From a virus (Duplodnaviria > Caudoviricetes): a stretch of DNA of 46,122 nucleotides. Under the pieces are notes generated by a model that saw only the letters and a list, made by a program, of their open reading frames with translations, searched no databases and was not told where the DNA came from. This document shows positions 25,682-34,600 of the stretch, piece by piece. The first letter of the stretch is position 1, and every line of letters starts with the position of its first letter. The stretch lies in the IMG/VR virus record IMGVR_UViG_3300037467_001087, positions 1 to 46,122 of that record; one strand, 5' to 3'. A program made the position numbers and the translations under genes.

Positions 25682-26045
25682 CGGGCCCGCCAGGCGGCGG
25701 CTGGACCGCCGTTGTCGTGGTCGTCGTGACGGTCGGCGATGGGTCGTCGCCGCCCGAGGCTTCGAAGCCTTCCTTGCTGATCTTCAGCGTGCGGCGATTG
25801 AGGACGAAGCCGTAGGCCCAATTACCCGTGATCGAGCCGGCGAGCATCATAATCATCGCCCAGCCGAGGAGGTCGAGACGCTTGTTCTCGGTTCCGGCCG
25901 ACCAACCGCCCTTCCAGATGATATAGACCATAATGCCGGCGCCGACGGTGAAGACGACATTCCCGCCGAACGAGACGATGAGCGCGAGCCACTTGCGCGT
26001 ATCGCTCGGGTTCTCCGTGATCGGCCAGTTAGGGAGGAGCCTCAT
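25668..26045 (-). CDS. putative holin
   Basis: Two TM segments, directly after the endolysin (ATGA overlap at 26045). Confidence 0.6.
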   Translation of the reverse strand: MRLLPNWPITENPSDTRKWLALIVSFGGNVVFTVGAGIMVYIIWKGGWSAGTENKRLDLLGWAMIMMLAGSITGNWAYGFVLNRRTLKISKEGFEASGGDDPSPTVTTTTTTAVQPPPGGPDAPR

Positions 26046-26740
26046 TCGCCGAGCCTCTGCGCCCACTTGCGCGCGGCCTGGGCGAGCTTCACGTCGTAGC
26101 GGTTCCGAAGATAGGCGGGCCCGTTGTATGCCTTCGCCGCTTCGGCCCACAGCGAGGCGCGCAGCAGCTTGTCGATCCCGGTCGCGCGCAGGAAGTTTTC
26201 GAACGCCTTCAGCTGGGACTGTTCGTCATAGGCCTGGTTGAACGCGAACGCCCACGGGCTGTCGAAGCCGCACTTGCCGAAATTCTCGCCGAGGATCTGG
26301 AACTTCCCGTAGGACGTCGACTGGAACGCGGCCCACGGGTCCAGCCCGGCCGCGATCAGCAGCTGGGCGTAGCGCTCGTCCTGCGTAGGCGGGTACGGCC
26401 GCTCGCCCCATTTTCCGTAGCTGAGCGTCGGATAGTCGGCGCTGAACCTTCCCTTCGTCAGCCGGCAGAAAACGTGCGGCTCAAACAGAATTTTGGGCTT
26501 CCCGGCGAAAAATCCGGCACCCGCGGCTTCGACTTCGGCGAACGCGCGGATCGCCGACTGTTTGATCGCCAGCCGCCTCGAGCTCGCCAGATAGTCGTCG
26601 TCGGTCAGCAGCGTGTCGGGGCCGTCCTCGAGCCCCATCAGGACGCCGGCGCGGCTCAGCCGTCCGTAGATGCCGTCGATGTCGCCGTTGTACCGGCCGG
26701 TGTCGCGCAGATAGAGCTGCAGCTGATGCAGGGCGCTCAT
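26042..26740 (-). CDS. endolysin: PG-binding domain plus N-acetylmuramidase (DUF3380-like)
   Basis: LQ..L...G.Y.G.IDGIYG; AFAEVE, KILFEPHVF, STSYGKFQILGEN, AYNGPAY..N.YD.KL. Confidence 0.92.
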   Translation of the reverse strand: MSALHQLQLYLRDTGRYNGDIDGIYGRLSRAGVLMGLEDGPDTLLTDDDYLASSRRLAIKQSAIRAFAEVEAAGAGFFAGKPKILFEPHVFCRLTKGRFSADYPTLSYGKWGERPYPPTQDERYAQLLIAAGLDPWAAFQSTSYGKFQILGENFGKCGFDSPWAFAFNQAYDEQSQLKAFENFLRATGIDKLLRASLWAEAAKAYNGPAYLRNRYDVKLAQAARKWAQRLGE

Positions 26741-27138
26741 TGCTTGGTGTCCCTCTGCTCGGCCTGGCGCAGCAGGTCGTCGAATGGGTGGTCGCTCGCG
26801 ATCGGGAGCGCCGCGCGAAGCATGGCGGCGACTTCCTTGAGCTTGCTGTTCGTCGGGTCCGTCAGCCGCAGCTCGGTCAGCAGGATCGCGACCGCGTTCT
26901 CGAGCAGGATGATGCGCGACTGGTTGCGCGCCTCAGCTTCTTCGAGATGATCGAGGCGCTTGCCGAGGGATACGTTGAGCCGCTTGTCGAGCTCATCAAC
27001 TCGCGCGTGCCGAGCGTCCATCCGGCCGGCTAAGAAATTGCAAACGAAAACGGTGATGCGGTACAGGAACCACCCGAGCCCGATCAGGCTGGGATATTTT
27101 ATACCCATCACGAACCTGTCGAACCAGTCGCCCCCCAT
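26737..27138 (-). CDS. membrane protein, holin/antiholin candidate
   Basis: One TM plus coiled coil, upstream of the endolysin. Confidence 0.6.
   Translation of the reverse strand: MGGDWFDRFVMGIKYPSLIGLGWFLYRITVFVCNFLAGRMDARHARVDELDKRLNVSLGKRLDHLEEAEARNQSRIILLENAVAILLTELRLTDPTNSKLKEVAAMLRAALPIASDHPFDDLLRQAEQRDTKQ
27090..27106. promoter_or_regulatory. putative operator inside the first lysis gene
   Basis: Minus strand GGGTA-TAAAATA-TCCCA; its first 12 nt are identical to the operator at 14729. Confidence 0.65.
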
Positions 27139-27161
27139 TCGTTCCCTCCCCTACGCAAACT

Positions 27162-29447
27162 CTACTGCATCGCCATTTGGTAGTCGTACGTCTGCATCCA
27201 CATGCCGGTCCCGCCATAGCCGATGAAGAACCGGCCGTACTTCGTTGGATCGCCGACCATGTCGCAGACGAGGTCGAAGATGCCGCCCATGAATTGCGCG
27301 GCGAGCTTCCACGTCGCGCCGTTGTCGGTGCTTTCCCAAAGGCCGTAGCCCGTCGCGTTGGAAGCATTCGCCGGCGTGTTCATCCGCCAGCCGACCACCG
27401 CGATCGTCTTGTAGCTCGAGGTCGCGAGCGCCTTGCCGACGCCGACCGCGAACACTTCCGCGAAGTGCGTCCCGGCGCCTTGGTCATCGGTGCCGGTGAC
27501 TTCGCTCCACGTCGCCATGCCGTCCGTTGACCGCCACAGCCCGAGGGCATTGTCGCCGCCGCACCAGTACCATTCGTTCGCGGACCCGCCTTGGGTCAGC
27601 TTGCCGTGGAACGCGTCGGAGCCGCCTCCGATGATGTAAGAGCTGCTCATGCGGGTGACGGTGACGGCGAACGTGGTGAGGTTGACGTCGATCCGCCAGC
27701 AGCCCTTGCAGGCAACCGACCCCGCCGAAGAAGGATTGTCGACGTCGGCGACGTTGTAGAAATAGGCCCGGCCGGCAGTGAAGCGGTCCTTCACCAGCAC
27801 CCGGCGGTTGTGGTTATAGGAATACTGCCCGACGATGCAGCTGTTGTCCCCGATCGTGATGGCCGACCACGTAAGGCCGCGGTCAGTCGTCAGATAGACC
27901 CGGTTCTTCGCTCCTCCCGTGGCGATCGGGGTGACCGCGACCTGGACCTGCAGCCATACGTCCTTCGACAGCACGACGATCTGGCCGCCGCCGATGCCTC
28001 CACTGGTCGAGAGCAAGGCGTTCCGTGCGGTCCACGGCGTTAGGCCGCGATCGGTGGTGAAGCCCGTGCAGCGCGAACCGCTGTAGAATGTGCCCGCCCA
28101 AAAGGCGTTGTCCTCAGGCGCCTGGTCGCATGACTGGCTGAAGTAGATCGCGTCGTTGTAATCCTCACCGTGGCCGGAGGGATATGTGACGCCGACCGTG
28201 CCCGGTGGCCGGATGAAGACGCCGCGGTCCTGGCAGGCGTAGCCCACGCCTCCGTCGGGAGCGCAGTTGATCGTCCCTGTCACCATGTTCTCGATGCCGC
28301 TTGACCATTCGGTCCACGTGAAGTGGCTCGCGAAGGTCATGCTCGTCGGCGGGCTGTCCATCTTCCAGACGCCGATGCCTTCGGCGATCCACAGCCGATT
28401 GACCGTGGGGTCGAAGATCAGGTCGCCGTTCGTCATGTAGTTTTCTTTGGTCGCGGCGTGCCAGCCGATGTTGGTCGCGACCCGATCATCGACCGAGAAC
28501 GAGCCGCCGCCCAGCGCCCAGGTCGCGCCATAATCCGAGCTGAAGTCGAGCCCGCCGCCGTCGCCGCAGATGTAAACGTGTCCGGCATTGTGCGGACTGA
28601 CCGCCATCGACTTGCAGACGATGCCCGTAGGCTCGAGCCACGCCGAACCGTTCCAGCGGCGGAAGCGCGCTGTGCCAGCAGCCCCGTCGCCGCCGAGATA
28701 GACGTAGCCGTTGCTGCCGATCTTCATGTGCGAGGCGGCCGTCGGGCTGTTCGTCGGGGCCGTGACCGAGCTCCACGTCGCGCCGCCGTCGGTCGAATGC
28801 TTGAGACCGGTGCCGTTGACGAAAATGTAGATGCCCTGCTTCTTGCCGCCGACGACCGACGAGCTGGGATCGAAAGCGACGATGCTCCGCTTGCCTGACG
28901 CCGGCGCCGGGACCGAGGCAGTGGAAATCGCCGTCCAGTTCGCGCCGTAGTCGGACGTGATGAACGCGCCCGTGGGTAGCGCGGCGATGCAGACCGCCGG
29001 GTTTTGCGGGTCGACCGCCAGCGGTTGGCCGGTCATGCGGCTGGATTCGTTCGGCGCGCATCCGGTCTTTTGTGCGAGGTTCGTCTTCGTCCAGGTCGCG
29101 CCGCCGTCCTGCGTCGCGTACACGAAGCCCATCGAGACCATGTAGCGGACGTTCGGATTGCTCGGCGCGATCGCGGCCGCGTAGCACCCCACCTGCCCCC
29201 ACGGGCTCGCCGCCGACCCATCGGGCGTATAGAACATGTCGATCGCTGAGCCGGCGATGTTGATGCCGGGCTTCAGCTGCAGCTGCCACGTCGAGCCGCC
29301 TGCCGGGAGGACATAGGAGTTGAACGTGTCGGTGCGGATCATCAGCGTGCCGTCGTTGGCGGCCGAGATGCCCGTGCAGAAGCCGCCGGCGCCGATCTTG
29401 CCCGACTTGAGCTTCAGTGATCCGAGAATGGTGCTGCCGTCCCTCAT
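27162..29447 (-). CDS. GH74 (xyloglucanase-like) double beta-propeller, probable receptor-binding depolymerase
   Basis: IGAGGF.TGI...RTD, repeated S/T-x-D-x-G-x-T-W Asp boxes, GIEN, QDRGVF, GVGKA...SY, GDP..YGR.FIG. Confidence 0.8.
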   Translation of the reverse strand: MRDGSTILGSLKLKSGKIGAGGFCTGISAANDGTLMIRTDTFNSYVLPAGGSTWQLQLKPGINIAGSAIDMFYTPDGSAASPWGQVGCYAAAIAPSNPNVRYMVSMGFVYATQDGGATWTKTNLAQKTGCAPNESSRMTGQPLAVDPQNPAVCIAALPTGAFITSDYGANWTAISTASVPAPASGKRSIVAFDPSSSVVGGKKQGIYIFVNGTGLKHSTDGGATWSSVTAPTNSPTAASHMKIGSNGYVYLGGDGAAGTARFRRWNGSAWLEPTGIVCKSMAVSPHNAGHVYICGDGGGLDFSSDYGATWALGGGSFSVDDRVATNIGWHAATKENYMTNGDLIFDPTVNRLWIAEGIGVWKMDSPPTSMTFASHFTWTEWSSGIENMVTGTINCAPDGGVGYACQDRGVFIRPPGTVGVTYPSGHGEDYNDAIYFSQSCDQAPEDNAFWAGTFYSGSRCTGFTTDRGLTPWTARNALLSTSGGIGGGQIVVLSKDVWLQVQVAVTPIATGGAKNRVYLTTDRGLTWSAITIGDNSCIVGQYSYNHNRRVLVKDRFTAGRAYFYNVADVDNPSSAGSVACKGCWRIDVNLTTFAVTVTRMSSSYIIGGGSDAFHGKLTQGGSANEWYWCGGDNALGLWRSTDGMATWSEVTGTDDQGAGTHFAEVFAVGVGKALATSSYKTIAVVGWRMNTPANASNATGYGLWESTDNGATWKLAAQFMGGIFDLVCDMVGDPTKYGRFFIGYGGTGMWMQTYDYQMAMQ

Positions 29448-30799
29448 GGTCCAAAGCTCACTGCGATCATGGCACTGTTTTGATTGCCGAAGCCGCTAAG
29501 GCCCACGGTCGCGGCGCCAGCCGTCGTGCGGATCGCGCTGCAAATGCTGTCGTTGCTGTTGCTGACCTGGCTGGCGGCCGTCGCGTTCGACCACGACGCG
29601 GTGCCGCTGAGGGTCTCAACGAACCCGATCACGGCGGTTGCGCCGCCGCTCGGGGTCGTCACCGACACCTGGAAGGGCGAATTGTTGAACGCCTTGGGCA
29701 GCTTCACAATCTGCGTCGCAGCGCTGTTCCCACCGACCATGCGCCACAGCTTCATGCCGCAAAACGAAATGCTGCCGGGCATCGTCACAACGACGTTGCC
29801 GCTTGTCCCTGTTGGAACCGCTGCGATCCACACGCTCAGTTTGTCGTTGGAGTCGATCTTCGTTGCGCTGACGCCGCCGATCGTCACCGAGCTCGGGACG
29901 TTGCCGCCGTCGTAAGCGTCTATCGCGGCGATGAGATAGCGGCTGGTCTGCGCCGCGCCGAACGACAGCGCGGAGAAGGTGGCCGTGGTGCTGCCGAAGC
30001 CGATGTTCTGCGTGTTCGGGGCGGCGACTTCGGTGAGGCTAAAGGCCACTGCCGCGTCGGTCGTGAAACTGCCTGCGGCGAGAACGTTCGACTGGTTGCC
30101 AGTCGCGTCTTCGTGCATGACCCAGGCGTAGTAAAGCGTGGACGCGGTCAGCCCGGTCGCGCCATAGCTCTTCGCGCCGGCCGACGTGATCGGTTTCGCG
30201 CCCGAGGCCCACGCAGCTGCCGAACCGCCTGCGTTCTGTCCGGCCTTCACCTGCGCCTTCGACGGCGGCGTGCTGCCGAGCGTCAGGACGATGTAGGCGT
30301 TGCCCTCGCCGGTGTCCGTCGTGAAGCCGACGGTGCCCTGCGTGGCGCTGACCATGGTTGCCGAGCCGGCGCTGAGAACCGGCGCGATGTCGTCCGGTCC
30401 GTGCGTGACGACGTTCGACCAGTCGGACCGGACTCCGCCGCGAATGTCGCAGGCTTTGAAGCGGTGCGTGCCGCTCGCAATGGCGCTGAGTCCCGCGAAC
30501 GTGATCTTGCCGGTCGTCCCGGCGCTGGTGTCCGTCGCTTCGGCCGCGTCGACGGCGTTGAAGTAATCGACTACGTTGACCGTGAACGCATCATCGTCGG
30601 CCTGCCTCAAGCAGACCGTGTCGCCGACGATCGCAGTGTCATCGAGCGCCGCGATGAACTTCGGCGGATAGGTCGTTTGCCCGGTGTTGAGGCTGAGCTC
30701 TGGCGCGGAGATGCTCGGGTCGATGGTGCCGGGCACGCTCGAGGCCGGGGCGGTTCGGCGGCGCGACGCCGCCCTGATCCCGAGGTTTAGCCCGATCAC
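29444..30799 (-). CDS. tail-associated protein with Ig/FnIII-like domains
   Basis: Beta-rich, T/S/A-rich; TGLTASTLYYA motif; tail module position. Confidence 0.65.
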   Translation of the reverse strand: MIGLNLGIRAASRRRTAPASSVPGTIDPSISAPELSLNTGQTTYPPKFIAALDDTAIVGDTVCLRQADDDAFTVNVVDYFNAVDAAEATDTSAGTTGKITFAGLSAIASGTHRFKACDIRGGVRSDWSNVVTHGPDDIAPVLSAGSATMVSATQGTVGFTTDTGEGNAYIVLTLGSTPPSKAQVKAGQNAGGSAAAWASGAKPITSAGAKSYGATGLTASTLYYAWVMHEDATGNQSNVLAAGSFTTDAAVAFSLTEVAAPNTQNIGFGSTTATFSALSFGAAQTSRYLIAAIDAYDGGNVPSSVTIGGVSATKIDSNDKLSVWIAAVPTGTSGNVVVTMPGSISFCGMKLWRMVGGNSAATQIVKLPKAFNNSPFQVSVTTPSGGATAVIGFVETLSGTASWSNATAASQVSNSNDSICSAIRTTAGAATVGLSGFGNQNSAMIAVSFGP

Positions 30800-31692
30800 T
30801 AGAGGTCGCCCGCCAGCGTCCAGGTGTCGGTGGCGACCTTCTTCAGCGCCGCCACGGCGAACTGACCGGCAAGTGTCAGGTCCGCGCCGCGCGAATTGAT
30901 CGTGACGCCCGCTCCCGCAACGACGGTCAGCGCGCCGGCTCCGGCCTGCTCCATCTCGATCACGGTGCCGACGGGATAGGCGACCGCGCTGTTCGGCGGG
31001 ATGGTGAAGCCCACCGCGGCCGCGTTGGTGAAGCGAATATACTTGTTCGCATCGCCGAGGACGCCCGTGTAGCTCGTCCCCGCCTGCGTCGTGACGCCCG
31101 GCGGGGTTTGAGCGAGGACGGCCGAAGCGGCGGCGTTCGTCTCGCTCACCGCGGCACTGCTCGCGGAGTCCGACGCGGAATTCGCGCTGGCGGCGGCGTT
31201 GTTTGCCGAGGTCGTCGCCTGGTCGCGAGCCGTGGAGGCCGCGGTCGCCGACGTCGCAGCTGCTGAAGCGCTGGCCGCCGCGTTCGCCTCAGAGGCGGCC
31301 GCGTTCGATGCCGATACGGACGCGGCAGTCGCCTGCGTCGTCGCCACCGTGGCGGCGGCTTCTGCGGCTGCTGCGGCTTCTCCCGGCGATTGCCCCGCGA
31401 ACTCGAGGTCGAACATCTGAATGTACGTGTCGACGTCGGTGACCGACCCGTAGCGCATCACTTCGTCGTAGATGCCGTCGGGGGCGAAATAGGAATATTC
31501 GCCATTCGCATCGGCCACGAGCGTCGCGTTTTCGATCGGCGTGCCGACTACGTTCGTCGGGTAGATCGTCGCCTTGGTGGCGTTGGTGTAGTCGCCGGCG
31601 GTGTCGGTGCCGTTGACGTAAACCGTGATGGTCGCGCCGGGGACAGCGAGCCCCGTGCCAGCGCGAAGAACCTCATTCTCCCGATGAAACAC
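30799..31692 (-). CDS. tail fibre/adaptor protein
   Basis: GTG 31692 after GGAGGGAG; head-binding-like N-terminus (AD.NG.YSYFA.DG.Y), Ala/Ser-rich stalk, C-terminal W.LAGDL. Confidence 0.75.
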   Translation of the reverse strand: MFHRENEVLRAGTGLAVPGATITVYVNGTDTAGDYTNATKATIYPTNVVGTPIENATLVADANGEYSYFAPDGIYDEVMRYGSVTDVDTYIQMFDLEFAGQSPGEAAAAAEAAATVATTQATAASVSASNAAASEANAAASASAAATSATAASTARDQATTSANNAAASANSASDSASSAAVSETNAAASAVLAQTPPGVTTQAGTSYTGVLGDANKYIRFTNAAAVGFTIPPNSAVAYPVGTVIEMEQAGAGALTVVAGAGVTINSRGADLTLAGQFAVAALKKVATDTWTLAGDL

Positions 31693-34600
31693 GCTTCTTC
31701 TCCCTCCCCGCAACGGCGTCAATGAAGGCGTCGCGGTCGCCAGGCAGTGCGCCGCCTTCCCTGTTGCCGGTTCCCAAGATCGTCGCCGTCCCAGCGGCGC
31801 CGCGCAGATACTTCGCCCCGAAGGCATTGATCGCCGGGTCGATGCCCAAGTCGTAGAGCAGCCCAGCGGCATTCCGCTCGGCAGTGTTCGTTTTCTTGCT
31901 GTTGCCGATCGCGAGCCCGCCGGCGGCGTCGATGCCCTGCGCAACCCGTCCGACAACCGCACCCTGCAGGCTCTGGCTGACCGAGCGATGGTACTTGAGC
32001 CCGAGGAAGGCGTTGAAGATCGGCGAGGCCATGCCGGTCAGGCCCGCGCGGTCCATCGCCTGCAGCGCGAACGCCTCTGCATCGTCCGGCTGCTTTCCGC
32101 CGAAGAGGTTCGTGCGCAGGTACAGCTGCAACGCGTTCATCGCCACCAGCACCACAAGGCCGGACGCCGGAATGAGCAGCGCCGGATCCTTGCTCTTCAC
32201 GCCTTGGATCGCGAGGCGGCCGGTGCGCTTCAGCACGTTCTGCGTGAAGGCGGCGTTGTACGACTGCAGCGCGAAAAAGAGCGAGCCGACCGGATGGTTC
32301 GCCCACGCCGGCTTCATCGCCCGCGACGGCATGAGGATCGTCTGATCGGCGAAGCGGACGACGGCTGTTGCGTAGTCGGCGGCGTGGCCCCGATCGGCGG
32401 CGAGCTCGGCAGAGGAGGGCGGGCCCTTGCGCAGCCACTCGCCGAACGCCTGCGGGTCCTTGATGCCCAACTCCTTGAGGTAGAGGGTGGCGCGCTGGCG
32501 AGTGCGGGCCGACTTGCTGAGCAGGTCGCCGGACAGCGTGTCGAGGAAGACCTTCGCGTTGTTCGTCGCGGCGATGCGGCCGCCTTGGGTCAGCTGCTCG
32601 ATGCCGACCTTGTGGTAGAACTTGTTGAGCAGGCTCGCGTGCTGGATTGCTCCCGGCGCCGCATCCATCCGCGCCTGGATGAGCTGCGACGCGGTGCCGT
32701 GGCCGACCGTGCCCATCGCTTCCGCCCAGCGGTGCCCGTCCGATAGGTCGCGCTTGCCGAAGGTCTCGACGAGACGCGCGGCTTCCCTGAGCGACGTGGT
32801 GAGATGCCGAACGCCATAGGTCGGGCCGGCGCGGACGAAGCCCATCGCCAGGTCGCCGATCGACGACAACGTAACTTTCTGCAGGGTCGACAGCTGGTTC
32901 CACGCGTGGATGGTAGAAACCGCGCGGCTGACCCGAACGCCGGCCGTGCCCAGCCGACCGAGATTGCCGTCGCGGATGCGATGGATCGCGCGGATGACGC
33001 CGTCGGCATCTTCGCCGCTGGCGCGCACTTCATCGCGGATCTTGTCGACCATGACGTCCCACTGCGTCTTGGTCCCGTGTTCCTTCATCCAAGCGCCGCG
33101 CTCAGCGCTGTTGACCGCTCCCTTCGCGCCGAAGCGGCGGGTCTGCTCAGCGCGCCGGACCGAGCCGGTGATGTAGTCGGACAGGACGAGCAGCGGGTCT
33201 TTCTGCAGGAAGTCGCGCAGCTCGCGGTCAGCTTCGGCGCCGAACTCGCGGCTCTTCGATGACGACGGCTTGCCGGAGCTGACGACGAATTCCTCGCCGC
33301 CGTCGAGCCCGGCGTGCGTGTCGAGAACGCGGGTCAGCCATGCTTCGGCCGCAGCGCGTGGATCGTCGACGCCAAGCCCGCGGTAGAGGCGCTCTGCCGC
33401 CGCCTTGAACTTCCCTGCATCGTTCGCGACGGCCAGCGAGTCGAGAACGCGCGGGAAGTAATTCTTAACCTCGCCGATGTCCTCGCCGGCTTCCTTGCGG
33501 TAGTCGATGACGTCCTTGAGCAGGTCACGGATTTCGCGGGCTGCGGCGCGCTCCTTTTCGGTCGAACGAACCGTGCGGTCGGGATCGGCCAGCAGGTCGC
33601 GAATTCGCTCCATCGCCGGCTTGCTGCCGATGAATGGATCGAGCGCTGCGTCCAGCCGTGACCGGAAGCGCCCGTTCTGCCGCTTCAGAGCTTCGTCGTA
33701 GGTCCGGCCGGTTGCATCGTCCTTGCCGGCGCGCGCCTGGAACATGTCGGCGAGCCGGACAATCTCGGGCGACTTGTAGTGGCGGGCGAGGGTGCGCAGC
33801 GCTCCGTCTGAGCTGTAGGCGACCGCGGAGCCGAAGCGATCGAGCGCTTTCAGCAGGCCCTTCGTCGTCTTGGCCGGCGACTTCACCATGTCGCGAGCGG
33901 CGCGGATGATTTCGCCCGGGTCCGCGTCCGGCTCGAGCATCATCGACGCAACCTTGCGAGCCGATGCTTCTACGTGGAACGCGGCTTCAGTCGCCATGGC
34001 GCCGACCGCTTCAGGATCGACGCCGCTGTGCGCGCGCTTCGACGCGTCGCTGATTTTGCGGCTGGCGGCTTCTTTCTTCTCGCGCGTGACGAACTTGTTC
34101 TTCGCGCCGTACAGGTCGCCGGTTGTGTCCTGAGTGTCGAATAGGCCGCCGTCGGAACCGGCCGGCTTCTGCTCCGCGTCAGGCTTTAGAGGTTCGTCGG
34201 CTCGCCGTTGGAGGGCGTCGCGCTGGTCGCTTTCCCGTTCAGGGAAGAGTGCATCTTCAGCAGCAGGCCCGCGTCCGCCCGCTTCGTCGGATCCTCGCTC
34301 GGATCGTCCCGAACCGCCTTCATCTTCGCCAGCTGGTCGGGCGTCGCGTGCTTCAGTTTCCGCAGGCCGCTCATCGCCTTCTCCTAGCACATGATCCCAC
34401 AGGTAGTCGATTGGGCCGGCGTCTTCGGCGTCGATGCGGTCGAGCTCTTCGTCCGGCATCTCAGCCCAGCGATCGCCGTAGCGGCTTTCGAATTCCATCG
34501 CCGCGTTGTGGCGCGCGATCCACTCCTGGCGCCGGTCGTAATTCGGGTCGCTGCGGTCGAAGGCGTCTTCGTGGCCGCGAATGGAGTCGGACAGCAGCCG

